A DNA stretch of 63,520 nt, filler included, from Nemertoderma westbladi (GCA_032718475.1; 3 parts of 3 records of this genome joined end to end with filler, not necessarily neighbours in it), one strand, 5' to 3'; counted from the whole stretch's first letter, positions 11,356 to 25,681 are shown. Numbers and translations are program-made. The notes: generated by a model from the letters alone, not told the origin.

Positions 11356-14300
11356 GCACAATAATGGCCAACATTACAGTGTAGTTTAAAGTAACTACCC
11401 AAGTGGAAGCCATTAGTGCTCAATAATGGCCAACATTACAGTGTAGTTTAACCACCCAAGTGGAAGCCATTAGTGCTCAATAATGGCCAACATTACAGTG
11501 TAGTTTAACCACCCAAGTGGAAGCCATTAGTGCTCAATAATGGCCAACATTACAGTGTAGTTTAACTACCCAAGTGGAAGCCATTAGTGCTCAATAATGG
11601 CCAACATTACAGTGTAGTTTAACTACCCAGGTGGAAGCCATTAGTGCTCAATAATGGCCAACATTACAGTGTAGTTTAACCACCCAAGTGGAAGCCATTA
11701 GTGCTCAATAATGGCCAACATTACAGTGTAGTTTAAAGTAACTACCCAAGTGGAAGCCATTAGTGCACAATAATGGCCAACATTACAGTGTAGTTTAAAG
11801 TAACTACCCAAGTGGAAGTCATTAGTGCTCAATAATGGCCAACATTACAGTGTAGTTCAAAGTAACTACCCAAGTGGAAGCCATTAGTGCTCAATAATGG
11901 CCAACATTACAGTGTAGTTTAACCACCCAAGTGGAAGCCATTAGTGCTCAATAATGGCCAACATTACAGTGTAGTTTAACCACCCAAGTGGAAGCCATTA
12001 GTGCTCCATAATGGCCAACATTACAGTGTAGTTTAACCACCCAAGTGGAAGCCATTAGTGCTCAATAATGGCCAACATTACAGTGTAGTTTAACTACCCA
12101 AGTGGAAGCCATTAGTGCTCAATAATGGCCAACATTACAGTGTAGTTTAACCACCCAAGTGGAAGCCATTAGTGCTCAATAATGGCCAACATTACAGTGT
12201 AGTTTAACCACCCAAGTGGAAGCCATTAGTGCTCAATAATGGCCAACATTACAGTGTAGTTTAACCAACCAAGTGGAAGCCATTAGTGCTCAATAATGGC
12301 CAACATTACAGTGTAGTTTAACCACCCAAGTGGAAGCCATTAGTGCTCCATAATGGCCAACATTACAGTGTAGTTTAACCACCCAAGTGGAAGCCATTAG
12401 TGCTCAATAATGGCCAACATTACAGTGTAGTTTAACTACCCAAGTGGAAGCCATTAGTGCTCAATAATGGCCAACATTACAGTGTAGTTTAACCACCCAA
12501 GTGGAAGCCATTAGTGCTCCATAATGGCCAACATTACAGTGTAGTTTAACCACCCAAGTGGAAGCCATTAGTGCTCAATAATGGCCAACATTACAGTGTA
12601 GTTTAACCACCCAAGTGGAAGCCATTAGTGCTCAATAATGGCCAACATTACAGTGTAGTTTAACCACCCAAGTGGAAGCCATTAGTGCTCAATAATGGCC
12701 AACATTACAGTGTAGTTTAACTACCCAAGTGGAAGCCATTAGTGCTCAATAATGGCCAACATTACAGTGTAGTTTAACTACCCAGGTGGAAGCCATTAGT
12801 GCTCAATAATGGCCAACATTACAGTGTAGTTTAACCACCCAAGTGGAAGCCATTAGTGCTCAATAATGGCCAACATTACAGTGTAGTTTAACCACCCAGG
12901 TGGAAGCCATTAGTGCTCAATAATGGCCAACATTACAGTGTAGTTTAACCACCCAAGTGGAAGCCATTAGTGCTCAATAATGGCCAACATTACAGTGTAG
13001 TTTAACCACCCAAGTGGAAGCCATTAGTGCTCAATAATGGCCAACATTACAGTGTAGTTCAAAGTAACTACCCAAGTGGAAGCCATTAGTGCTCAATAAT
13101 GGCCAACATTACAGTGTAGTTTAACCACCCAAGTGGAAGCCATTAGTGCTCAATAATGGCCAACATTACAGTGTAGTTTAACCACCCAAGTGGAAGCCAT
13201 TAGTGCTCCATAATGGCCAACATTACAGTGTAGTTTAACCACCCAAGTGGAAGCCATTAGTGCTCAATAATGGCCAACATTACAGTGTAGTTTAACTACC
13301 CAAGTGGAAGCCATTAGTGCTCAATAATGGCCAACATTACAGTGTAGTTTAACCACCCAAGTGGAAGCCATTAGTGCTCAATAATGGCCAACATTACAGT
13401 GTAGTTTAACCACCCAAGTGGAAGCCATTAGTGCTCAATAATGGCCAACATTACAGTGTAGTTTAACCAACCAAGTGGAAGCCATTAGTGCTCAATAATG
13501 GCCAACATTACAGTGTAGTTTAACCACCCAAGTGGAAGCCATTAGTGCTCCATAATGGCCAACATTACAGTGTAGTTTAACCACCCAAGTGGAAGCCATT
13601 AGTGCTCAATAATGGCCAACATTACAGTGTAGTTTAACTACCCAAGTGGAAGCCATTAGTGCTCAATAATGGCCAACATTACAGTGTAGTTTAACCACCC
13701 AAGTGGAAGCCATTAGTGCTCCATAATGGCCAACATTACAGTGTAGTTTAACCACCCAAGTGGAAGCCATTAGTGCTCAATAATGGCCAACATTACAGTG
13801 TAGTTTAACCAACCAAGTGGAAGCCATTAGTGCTCAATAATGGCCAACATTACAGTGTAGTTTAACTACCCAAGTGGAAGCCATTAGTGCTCAATAATGG
13901 CCAACATTACAGTGTAGTTTAAAGTAACTACCCAAGTGGAAGCCATTAGTGCACAATAATGGCCAACATTACAGTGTAGTTTAACCACCCAAGTGGAAGC
14001 CATTAGTGCTCAATAATGGCCAACATTACAGTGTAGTTTAAAGTAACTACCCAAGTGGAAGCCATTAGTGCTCAATAATGGCCAACATTACAGTGTAGTT
14101 TAACCACCCAAGTGGAAGCCATTAGTGCTCAATAATGGCCAACATTACAGTGTAGTTTAACTACCCAAGTGGAAGCCATTAGTGCTCAATAATGGCCAAC
14201 ATTACAGTGTAGTTTAAAGTAACTACCCAAGTGGAAGCCATTAGTGCTCAATAATGGCCAACATTACAGTGTAGTTTAAAGTAACTACCCAAGTGGAAGC

Positions 14301-15160
14301 CATTAGTGCACAATAATGGCCAACATTACAGTGTAGTTTAACTACCCAAGTGGAAGCCATTAGTGCTCAATAATGGCCAACATTACAGTGTAGTTTAAAG
14401 ACCCAAGTGGAAGCCATTAGTGCTCAATAATGGCCAACATTACAGTGTAGTTTAACCACCCAAGTGGAAGCCATTAGTGCTCAATAATGGCCAACATTAC
14501 AGTGTAGTTTAACCACCCAAGTGGAAGCCATTAGTGCTCAATAATGGCCAACATTACAGTGTAGTTTAACTACCCAAGTGGAAGCCATTAGTGCTCAATA
14601 ATGGCCAACATTACAGTGTAGTTTAACTACCCAAGTGGAAGCCATTAGTGCTCAATAATGGCCAACATTACAGTGTAGTTTAACTACCCAGGTGGAAGCC
14701 ATTAGTGCTCAATAATGGCCAACATTACAGTGTAGTTTAACCACCCAAGTGGAAGCCATTAGTGCTCAATAATGGCCAACATTACAGTGTAGTTTAACCA
14801 CCCAAGTGGAAGCCATTAGTGCTCAATAATGGCCAACATTACAGTGTAGTTTAACCACCCAAGTGGAAGCCGTGCTCAATAATCGCCAACATTGCAGTGT
14901 AGTTTAACCACCCAAGTGGAAGCCATTAGTGCTCAATAATGGCCAACATTACAGTGTAGTTTAACTACCCAAGTGGAAGCCATTAGTGCTCAATAATGGC
15001 CAACATTGCAGTGTAGTTTAACCACCCAAGTGGAAGCCATTAGTGCTCAATAATGGCCAACATTACAGTGTAGTTTAACTACCCAAGTGGAAGCCATTAG
15101 TGCTCAATAATGGCCAACATTACAGTGTAGTTTAACTACCCAAGTGGAAGCCATTAGTGC
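11356..15160. repeat. 57-bp minisatellite array (~66 copies, some 62-bp variants)
   Basis: Unit GTGCTCAATAATGGCCAACATTACAGTGTAGTTTAACCACCCAAGTGGAAGCCATTA, head-to-tail with no spacers. Confidence 0.97.
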
Positions 15161-16265
15161 TTGCAGTTCCAATTAATTATTGGAGAACTGAAGAATCCAA
15201 TAATTGAATTGACTGTAATAATAAATTAAATTAATCCTAATGTTGTAAAAAGATATCTCAATCACAATCCAATGATAGGCACTATATAAATAATAAAGTA
15301 TCTTACAAAGTTCAATATAATATAAATAAATCAATATTATATATTATTAATTCTTAAATGATTAAATTTTTTATTTTCAATATTTCCTTACTGATAGAGC
15401 AATCAAAAAGGACTGAATTTTCAAAAGTTAAAATTTACTACAGAAATTCCAATAGAATTGAGTCTCACAGCTACCATAGAGCAGATAGGTGAACCGTAGC
15501 TATAGCAACTGGAGAGGTTTATTTTACGTGTTTATTCACAAGATAAGTATTGTTGGTGTGTTTAAATAAAGTTGACAAAATAAATCAATCTGATATATTA
15601 AATATAAAAAAATTTAATCATTTACGAATTAATGCATACGAAAAAATAGAATTCCTCCCCTATGGATTACATTGTAAATAATATCAACTCCAAATAAAGC
15701 ACAAACAAACAAACCAAAGATCTTCAACAGGATGTCTGTGAACCAATAAGCGTCTGTTCAACTTCTACCTCAGTAGCCCGATGGAGACAAACAGCTACCC
15801 ATACAGATGGGAAGAGAGATAGTCTATACGCGTGATAATCATCATTTTGTAATAAATTGTAATATATATCATTAATGTTCCTTTATAATTTTGCTCCGTA
15901 GCTTTCTAAATACGCGGTCGTTTCAAATACCGATATTGAAAATAATTTTTTTTATCATTTGGATTTTTATATCGCTTAACAGTTGGATCAAGCAAAATGA
16001 ATCATTAATTTCAAATATTCGGATTCAGTGGAAAAATTTTAAAATACACTTAATTACAAATTGTATAAAAAAATATGATGAATACATTTCTCCATTAATA
16101 TTCTTTTTCATTTATTGTCAGACACTTTGCTGCTAATCTCTTTAACCAACTATATGGAAGTCTGTCAGTTCCCATCTGGGTCAACTTGAGGTAAATAAAC
16201 GTTTAATCCCAGAGTAGAATCAAACCATCAATATATTAATTCAAATTAATCAAGTTTTAGTTGAC

Positions 16266-16271
16266 TTTATT
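16266..16271 (-). promoter_or_regulatory. Candidate unc-13 polyadenylation signal AATAAA
   Basis: First AATAAA I see on the minus strand after the unc-13 stop, about 10 nt beyond the end of the 43-bp array. Confidence 0.45.
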
Positions 16272-16282
16272 TCGCAACAGTT

Positions 16283-19200
16283 GGGGAGAGACATCCTAAC
16301 CGCTGGCACCCAGGGATCTCTGTTCAGGGACAGACAGCCTAACTGCTGGGACACAGGGATCTCTGTTCGGGGACAGAGTCTAACCGCTGGCACCCAGGGA
16401 TCTCTGTTCGGGATAGACAGTCTAACCGCTGGGACACAGGGATCTCTGTTCATCAGGGACAGACAGTCTAACTGCTAGGACACAGGGATCTCTGTTCAGG
16501 GACAGAAAGTCTAACTGCTGGGACACAGGGATCTCTGTTCAGGGACAGACCGTCTAACTGCTGGGACACAGAGATCTCTGTTCAGGGACAGACAGTCTAA
16601 CTGCTGGGACACATGGATATCTGTCCAGGGACAGACAGTCTAACTGCTGGGACACATGGATATCTGTTCAGGAACAGACAGTCTAACTGCTGGGTCACAG
16701 AGATCTCTGTTTAGGGACAGACAGTCTAACAGCTGGGCCACAGGGATCTCTGTTCAGGGACAGACAGTCTAACTGCTGGGACACATGGATATCTGTTCAG
16801 GAACAGACAGTCTAACTGCTGGGTCACAGAGATCTCTGTTCAGGGACAGACAGTCTAACTGCTGGGACACAGGGATCTCTGTTCAGTGACAGACAGTCTA
16901 ACTGCTGGGACACAGAGATCTCTGTTCAGGGACAGACAGTCTAACTGCTGGGACACATGGATATCTGTTCAGGGACAGACAGTCTAACTGCTGGGTCACA
17001 GAGATCTCTGTTCAGGGACAGACAGTCTAACTGCTGGGACACAGGGATCTCTGTTCAGGGACAGACAGTCTAACTGCTGGGACATAGGTATCTCTGTTCA
17101 GGGACAGACAGTCTAACTGCTGGGACACAGGGATCTCTGTTCAGTGACAGACAGTCTAACTGCTGGGACACAGGGATCTCTGTTCGGGATAGACAGTCTA
17201 ACTAGTGGGACACAGGGATCTCTGTTCAGGGACAGACAGTCTAACTGCTGGGACATAGGTATCTCTGTTCAGTGACAGACAGTCTAACTGCTGGGACACA
17301 GGGATCTCTGTTCGGGATAGACAGTCTAACTAGTGGGACACAGGGATCTCTGTTCAGTGACAGACAGTCTAACTGCTGGGACACAAGGATCTATGTTCAG
17401 GGACAGACAGTCTAACAGCTGGGCCACAGGGATCTCTGTTCAGGGACAGACAGTCTAACTGCTGGGACATAGGTATCTCTGTTCAGGGACAGACAGTCTA
17501 ACTGCTGGGACACAGGGATCTCTGTTCAGTGACAGACAGTCTAACTGCTGGGACACAGGGATCTCTGTTCGGGATAGACAGTCTAACTAGTGGGACACAG
17601 GGATCTCTGTTCAGGGACAGACAGTCTAACAGCTGGGCCACAGGGATCTCTGTTCAGGGACAGACAGTCTAACTGCTGGGACACGGGTATCTCTGTTCAG
17701 GGACAGACAGTCTAACTGCTGGGTCACAGGGATCTCTGTTCGGGATAGACAGTCTAACTAGTGGGACACAGGGATCTCTGTTCAGGGACAGACAGTCTAA
17801 CAGCTGGGCCACAGGGATCTCTGTTCAGGGACAGACAGTCTAACTGCTGGGACACGGGTATCTCTGTTCAGGGACAGACAGTCTAACTGCTGGGACACAG
17901 GGATCTCTGTTCGGGATAGACAGTCTAACTAGTGGGACACGGGGATCTCCGTTCAGGGACAGACAGTCTAACAGCTGGGCCACAGGGATCTCTGTTCAGG
18001 GACAGACCGTCTAACTGCTGGGACACAGAGATCTCTATTCAGGGACAGACAGTTTAACTGCTGGGACACAGGGATCTCTGTTCGGGATAGACAGTCTAAC
18101 TAGTGGGACACAGGGATCTCTGTTCAGGGACAGACAGTCTAACAGCTGGGCCACAGGGATCTCTGTTCAGGGACAGACAGTCTAACTGCTGGGACACAGA
18201 GATCTCTATTCAGGGACAGACAGTTTAACTGCTGGGACACAGGGATCTCTGTTCGGGATAGACAGTCTAACTAGTGGGACACAGGGATCTCTGTTCAGGG
18301 ACAGACAGTCTAACTGCTGGGTCACAGGGATCTCTGTTCGGGATAGACAGTCTAACTAGTGGGACACAGGGATCTCTGTTCAGGGACAGACAGTCTAACA
18401 GCTGGGCCACAGGGATCTCTGTTCAGGGACAGACAGTCTAACTGCTGGGACACGGGTATCTCTGTTCAGGGACAGACAGTCTAACTGCTGGGACACAGGG
18501 ATCTCTGTTCGGGATAGACAGTCTAACTAGTGGGACACAGGGATCTCTGTTCAGGGACAGACAGTCTAACTGCTGGGACACATGGATATCTGTTCAGTGA
18601 CAGACAGTCTAACTGCTGGGACACGGGTATCTCTGTTCAGGGACAGACAGTCTAACTGCTGGGTCACAGGGATCTCTGTTCAGGGACAGACAGTCTAACT
18701 GCTGGGACACAGGGATCTCTGTTCAGGGACAGACAGTCTAACAGCTGGGCCACAGGGATCTCTGTTCAGGGAGAGACAGTCTAACTGCTGGGACACAGGG
18801 ATCTCTGTTCAGTGACAGACAGTCTAACTGCTGGGACACAGGGATCTCTGTTCAGGGACAGACAGTCTAACTGCTGGGACACAGGGATCTCTGTTCAGGG
18901 ACAGACAGTCTAACAGCTGGGCCACAGGGATCTCTGTTCAGGGAGAGACAGTCTAACTGCTGGGACACAGAGATCTCTGTTCAGGGACAGACAGTCTAAC
19001 TGCTGGGACACAGGGATCTCTGTTCAGTGACAGACAGTCTAACTGCTGGGACACAGGGATCTCTGTTCAGGGACAGACAGTCTAACAGCTGGGCCACAGG
19101 GATCTCTGTTCAGGGAGAGACAGTCTAACTGCTGGGACACAGAGATCTCTGTTCAGGGACAGACAGTCTAACTGCTGGGACACAGGGATCTCTGTTCAGT

Positions 19201-21000
19201 GACAGACAGTCTAACTGCTGGGACACAGGGATCTCTGTTCAGGGACAGACAGTCTAACTGCTGGGACACAGGGATCTCTGTTCAGGGACAGACAGTCTAA
19301 CCGCTGGGACACAGGGATCTCTGTTCAGGGACAGACAGTCTAACTGCTGGGACACAGAGATCTCTGTTCAGGGACAGACAGTCTAACTGCTGGGACACAG
19401 GGATCTCTGTTCAGTGACAGACAGTCTAACTGCTGGGACACAGGGATCTCTGTTCAGGGACAGACAGTCTAACTGCTGGGACACAGGGATCTCTGTTCAG
19501 TGACAGACAGTCTAACTGCTGGGACACAGGGATCTCTGTTCAGGGACAGACAGTCTAACCGCTGGGACACAGGGATCTCTGTTCAGGGACAGGCCGTCTA
19601 ACTGCTGGGACACAGAGATCTCTATTCAGGGACAGACAGTTTAACTGCTGGGACACAGGGATCTCTGTTCAGGGACAGACAGTCTAACTGCTGGGACACA
19701 GGGATCTCTGTTCGGGATAGACAGTCTAACAGCTGGGACACATGGATATCTGTTTAGGGACAGACCGTCTAACTGCTGGGACACAGAGATCTCTATTCAG
19801 GGACAGACAGTTTAACTGCTGGGACACAGGGATCTCTGTTCGGGATAGACAGTCTAACTAGTGGGACACAGGGATCTCTGTTCAGGGACAGACAGTCTAA
19901 CAGCTGGGCCACAGGGATCTCTGTTCAGGGACAGACAGTCTAACTGCTGGGACACAGGGATCTCTGTTCAGGGACAGACAGTCTAACTGCTGGGACACAG
20001 AGATCTCTGTCCAGGGACAGACAGTCTAACTGCTGGGACACAGAGATCTCTGTCCAGGGACAGACAGTATAACTGCTGGGACACAGGGATCTCTGTTCAG
20101 GGGCAGACCGTCTAACTGCTGGGACACAGGGATCTCTGTTCAGTGACAGACAGTCTAACTGCTGGGACACAGGGATCTCTGTTCAGGGACAGACAGTCTA
20201 ACTGCTGGGACACAGGGATCTCTGTTCAGGGACAGACAGTCTAACTGCTGGGACACAGAGATCTCTGTCCAGGGACAGACAGTATAACTGCTGGGACACA
20301 GGGATCTCTGTTCAGGGACAGACCGTCTAACTGCTGGGACACAGAGATCTCTATTCAGGGACAGACAGTTTAACTGCTGGGACACAGGGATCTCTGTTCA
20401 GGGACAGACAGTCTAACTGCTGGGACACAGGGATCTCTGTTCGGGATAGACAGTCTAACAGCTGGGACACATGGATATCTGTTTAGGGACAGACCGTCTA
20501 ACTGCTGGGACACAGAGATCTCTATTCAGGGACAGACAGTTTAACTGCTGGGACACAGGGATCTCTGTTCGGGATAGACAGTCTAACTAGTGGGACACAG
20601 GGATATCTGTTCAGGGACAGACAGTCTAACAGCTGGGCCACAGGGATCTCTGTTCAGGGACAGACAGTCTAACTGCTGGGACACAGGGATATCTGTTCAG
20701 GGACAGACAGTCTAACTGCTGGGACACAGAGATCTCTGTCCAGGGACAGACAGTATAACTGCTGGGACACAGGGATCTCTGTTCAGGGACAGACCGTCTA
20801 ACTGCTGGGACACAGAGATCTCTATTCAGGGACAGACAGTTTAACTGCTGGGACACAAGGATCTCTGTTCAGGGACAGACAGTCTAACTGCTGGGACACA
20901 GGGATCTCTGTTCGGGATAGACAGTCTAACAGCTGGGACACATGGATATCTGTTTAGGGACAGACCGTCTAACTGCTGGGACACAGGGATCTTTGTTCAG
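16283..21000. repeat. 43-bp minisatellite array (~110 copies) overlapping the unc-13 stop codon
   Basis: Unit GGGACAGACAGTCTAACTGCTGGGACACAGGGATCTCTGTTCA (period 43, e.g. 16861/16904). Confidence 0.97.
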
Positions 21001-21254
21001 ATTTCAACCTGACGTATTCCTTGGCAACATCATCACTAGTTCTGTGACAGAGAATCCGCAGTATGGTCCATCCCGTGTCGTCTATCTGCAACAGTCTACC
21101 GAGGGCCAACCAACACGCTTGGCTTCCCTTGCCAACTATCTCCTTGACTTGCATCAATGCCATCCCTATCAGATGGTCTGTCCGTCCGAAACAATAGTCT
21201 TTGCAGCAGAAGTGGATCTCGTAGGAACTCAAATCGTTATCATTGCCAAGGAGA
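20969..21254 (-). CDS. unc-13: Unc-13/Munc13 terminal coding exon (end of C2C domain)
   Basis: Acceptor ttttag|T at 21254; LLGNDNDLSSYEIHFCCKDYCFGRTDHLIGMA...CWLALGR...DDTGWTILRILCHRTSDDVAKEYVRLKSEQRSLCPSS* matches the Munc13 C-terminus (KDYCF, DDTG.T.LRIL, VAKEFVKLKS). Confidence 0.95.
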
Positions 21255-22272
21255 CTAAAATGAAATATGATATATAAGATTTTTTAAATATTTAAAATAT
21301 TTATTTTACTAAATTATACTGGATTCTCTAGGATACAGGGCTAGAGTATTTGCAAGAGGTATAATTTGTAAGAATACACTGTATTTGTTTGTCATTTTAC
21401 ACAAAACGACTATTATCTTCTATTATTCAATTTTGATTCGACAGTAAAAATATGTTGACCAATATTTACTTGTGTGTCATTCTGCGTAAAAGTGGCCAAA
21501 AAGAGTTTCAAATTTACTAAATGTTACAGATGTGACACAAAAATTGTAAAATCCAGAACCCTATATGTCTGAGCAGATTTGAATTTTTTGTACGTAAGCT
21601 GAGGGAATAAATTACCTACAAAATAATAAGTATTTATTGTAATAATTATTATTATAATTATAATAGACTAATAAATTAAAGCATTTAAAATTATATGTTA
21701 TTCCTGGGCTTCTTTTCAAGCAAAATAACCCTAATTTATATGACATAAAAAAAATATCTTAGTGAGTGTGTTACTCAGATGTTAAAACATATGTGGACCA
21801 AAATAAGTGGTTTCAAAGTGGAACCGAAGACGTATGAATAGCATTATATCCACCATAGTGGGGGAAGCGACCTGAAGTTGCACTCGGAATATATAAATAA
21901 ATACGCCTACATTCCAGGCCACGGTGCAAGTTTACACGTCTACCCACCTGGGAATCAGTAGTCTGGCAACCAGATATATAATAGTAGAATATTGACAAAA
22001 AAATAAAAATATCACTTTTAATAATACGGTATCCTGTTTTATTGACGTTCTTTAATTTTCTTTGGTTAGAATAACGTGCCAATGTAACACGCCCCCCTTA
22101 AGTGATAATTTAACAATGAGACGAGATATTAATTAACCGGGAAGGGATTATTTGCGCGAAGTTCCTCTTCCTATCTCCAGCCACAAAGTTATATATTACT
22201 TGAGTATGTTGTAACAAGCGGAGTAAAAAAATTATTCAATTCATCCACCCTAAATAATATAAACCAACTCAC

Positions 22273-22432
22273 AATGTAAAGGTTTCATTAAATTTTGGCG
22301 ACCAGTTATTATTTTTGGATGAGGTAGCGAACTTTCGTTTTTTGTTGTGGATGTGAGGCCCGATAACGTAAACCTCAACGAATGGTCGGAAGATGGCAGT
22401 GGTCGTCCATTTCAGATCGTTGGCGGCGACAA
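22273..22432 (-). CDS. unc-13: Unc-13/Munc13 penultimate coding exon (absent from the ORF track)
   Basis: 160 nt between ctag| and |gtgagt; (I)[52 protein letters not shown](F); phases fit both neighbouring exons. Confidence 0.95.
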
Positions 22433-22460
22433 CTAGAAGCAAAATAAAAGTCTTAATAAC

Positions 22461-23823
22461 AACAGATCACGGAACCAGAGTCTGGTAGATCAACAGATCA
22501 CGGAACCAGAGTCTGGTAGATCAACAGATCACGGAACCAGAGTCTGGTAGATCAACAGATCACGGAACCAGAGTCTGGTAGATCAACAGATCACGGAACC
22601 AGAGTCTGGTAGATCAACAGATCACGGAGCCAGAGTCTGGTAGATCAACAGATCACGGAACCAGAGTCTGGTAGATCAACAGATCACGGAACCAGAGTCT
22701 GGTAGATCAACAGATCACGGAACCAGAGTCTGGTAGATCAACAGATCACGGAACCAGAGTCTGGTAGATCAACAGATCACAGAACCAGAGTCTGGTAGAT
22801 CAACAGATCACAGAACCAGAGTCTGGTAGATCAACAGATCACGGAACCAGAGTCTGGTAGATCAACCGATCACGGAACCAGAGTCTGGTAGATCAACATA
22901 TCACGGAACCAGAGTCTGGTAGATCAACAGATCACGGAACCAGAGTCTGGTAGATCAACAGATCACGGAACCAGAGTCTGGTAGATCAACAGATCACGGA
23001 ACCAGAGTCTGGTAGATCAACAGATCACGGAACCAGAGTCTGGTAGATCAACAGATCACGGAACCAGAGTCTGGTAGATCAACAGATCACGGAACCAGAG
23101 TCTGGTAGATCAACAGATCACGGATCCAGAGTCTGGTAGATCAACAGATCACGGAACCAGAGTCTGGTAGATTAACAGATCACGGAACCAGAGTCTGGTA
23201 GATCAACAGATCACGGAACCAGAGTCTGGTAGATCAACAGATCACGGAACCAGAGTCTGGTAGATCAACAGATCACGGAACCAGAGTCTGGTAGATCAAC
23301 AGATCACGGAACCAGAGTCTGGTAGATCAACAGATCACGGAACCAGAGTCTGGTAGATCAACAGATCACGGAGCCAGAGTCTGGTAGATCAACAGATCAC
23401 GGAACCAGAGTCTGGTAGATCAACAGATCACGGAACCAGAGTCTGGTAGATCAACAGATCACGGAACCAGAGTCTGGTAGATCAACAGATCACGGAACCA
23501 GAGGCTGGTAGATCAACAGATCACGGATCCAGAGTCTGGTAGATCAACAGATCACGGAACCAGAGTCTGGTAGATCAACAGATCACGGAACCAGAGTCTG
23601 GTAGATCAACAGATCACGGAACCAGAGTCTGGTAGATCAACAGATCACGGAACCAGAGTCTGGTAGATCAACAGATCACGGAACCAGAGTCTGGTAGATC
23701 AACAGATCACGGATCCAGAGTCTGGTAGATCAACAGATCACGGAACCAGAGTCTGGTAGATTAGCAGATCACGGAACCAGAGTCTGGTAGATCAACAGAT
23801 CACGGATCCAGAGTCTGGTAGAT
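22461..23823. repeat. 31-bp intronic minisatellite (~44 copies)
   Basis: Unit AGATCAACAGATCACGGAACCAGAGTCTGGT, very homogeneous, inside the unc-13 intron 22433-25575. Confidence 0.97.
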
Positions 23824-25575
23824 ATTATTTATTATCTATTATTATTTATAGATATTATTATTTATATTATTTATTTATTATTATTTATAAAATATTATTT
23901 ATAAACCATAAATTTCCGTTCTGCTGCAACTATTTATCAGATATTCAAGAAATTAACTTGACTATCTTGACTATATGTTCCAAAAAAAGACGGGATCCGG
24001 ATCGGGATTGTATTTTTCGACAGGATCCCGTTTCGGGATCGGGTACGGTATCCTATTTAAACACTAATTCACATCATTGTGTATCATTCAGTGTTTCACA
24101 CTTTCAAGCAGTTGGGAAAACGACCAAGGTTCATTGGATTTATCTTACATTTTGCAGCCGTTATGTTATGTTATGTTACTTTGCAGCAGTTGCTATTATT
24201 TAGTGTTTATTATTGTTTTACATTATCGAACAGTATCTGCAACAGTTCAAGAGTGGAAAGTTCCAAGCCTATGATTATGGAAGTAAACATTGCGAATTAT
24301 AACGAGTCATCACCACCACTCTACCATTACTGATGATATCACAAGATAGCACTACTCACTGGGGGTAACGATTGGTTGGCTGACCCACAAGATGTTGCCA
24401 CTCTGGTGCCATAATATTAAATAACATAACGTGTTAACAAACAATAATAAAAACAATAATAAGTCAGCCACTAAAAGTGGAATGGCTTAGTGACATGAAA
24501 TGTTAAAACTGTGACAAAATTAGTATTATTATAATTAGTAATTATAATTAGACAAAGTTTGGAATACTTTGGGAATATAGATTACAAAAATCACATGCTC
24601 GAAAAATGTCAATATTAACTTTTAAATTCATGTTTATTTCCTTAGCAACAGGGATTTTACATAGAAACAATGTAACTATTGCATTTGGTGAGATTTTTCC
24701 CAAATGTTGTAAGAATAAACTTTTACTCCTCTCTACTTATACTTAACCGTTTTTTGAAATTGTTTATTTAAATGAAAGGTAATTTCATCAGCTTCAATCA
24801 TAAAATTCGACCAGTTTTCTTGATTTCATAATATTTCCCCTTTTTTTACTGAAAAATTAGAAATAACATAGTTTTTTCATTATTTTAAAATTTTGAATGT
24901 TTTTTTTAAAAATTGCCAATTATCAGTAAGAGAAAATGAAATACAAAAAGTGGTCAAAAATTATGATGGAAATGAACATGCTGGTTCCAAAAATTGTGGT
25001 ATCGAAAAATAAAAATGGAAAATAACGGAGTAGTCTTTTTAGCGAAATTCTTTAAATCTCACGCCAGCCGCTAGGGGGCGCCAAAAATTGTTTTTCCACT
25101 TTCATTTACTTTAAATAAGCCGCTCAAGTACTAAAAAACTATAGTTTTCTATTTCTCGATTCAGTTTAAAGTGTGTTGTATCAAGCAGAACTGGACATCT
25201 CTCTCTGCTATTTCATTGCCTACCAGCTGCACTACAATGTGCTGTTGCTATACATCAGTAACCAGTAGGCACTGTTAGGTCGTATTTTTGTACCACATTA
25301 CCAAAATTCAAAACTATTAACTACAAAAGATGTGGAACCAGGTTATTCAGCAGCAACCGTATCGGAATCTTACAATTTTGGGACAAAACAACAATAATAA
25401 TTATTACTATGAAGTACTTTACAGTGTTCTGTTACAAGTATCGATTTTTTCACTCCCCTTACTTTTTTCGTTTGCACAATTAATAGCTCAGCACACTGAA
25501 AAGTGTTACCGGTACTCAGACACAAGTATATACAGTAATTACAATGATCCTCGCAACGGCTGTCACATAACTTAC

Positions 25576-25681
25576 TTTTTACGGTGATTTTATGTTCTCC
25601 AGTTCCCGGGTGCGTAAACAAATCAACCTGCACAGAAACCTCTCCCACAGGGTCTTCTATGCTCGGTTCACTTTGCCGATT
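25576..25681 (-). CDS. unc-13: Unc-13/Munc13 internal exon (start of C2C)
   Basis: [35 protein letters not shown] then |gtaagt donor; the acceptor at 25681 is the best guess. Upstream exons were not found before the gap. Confidence 0.9.
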
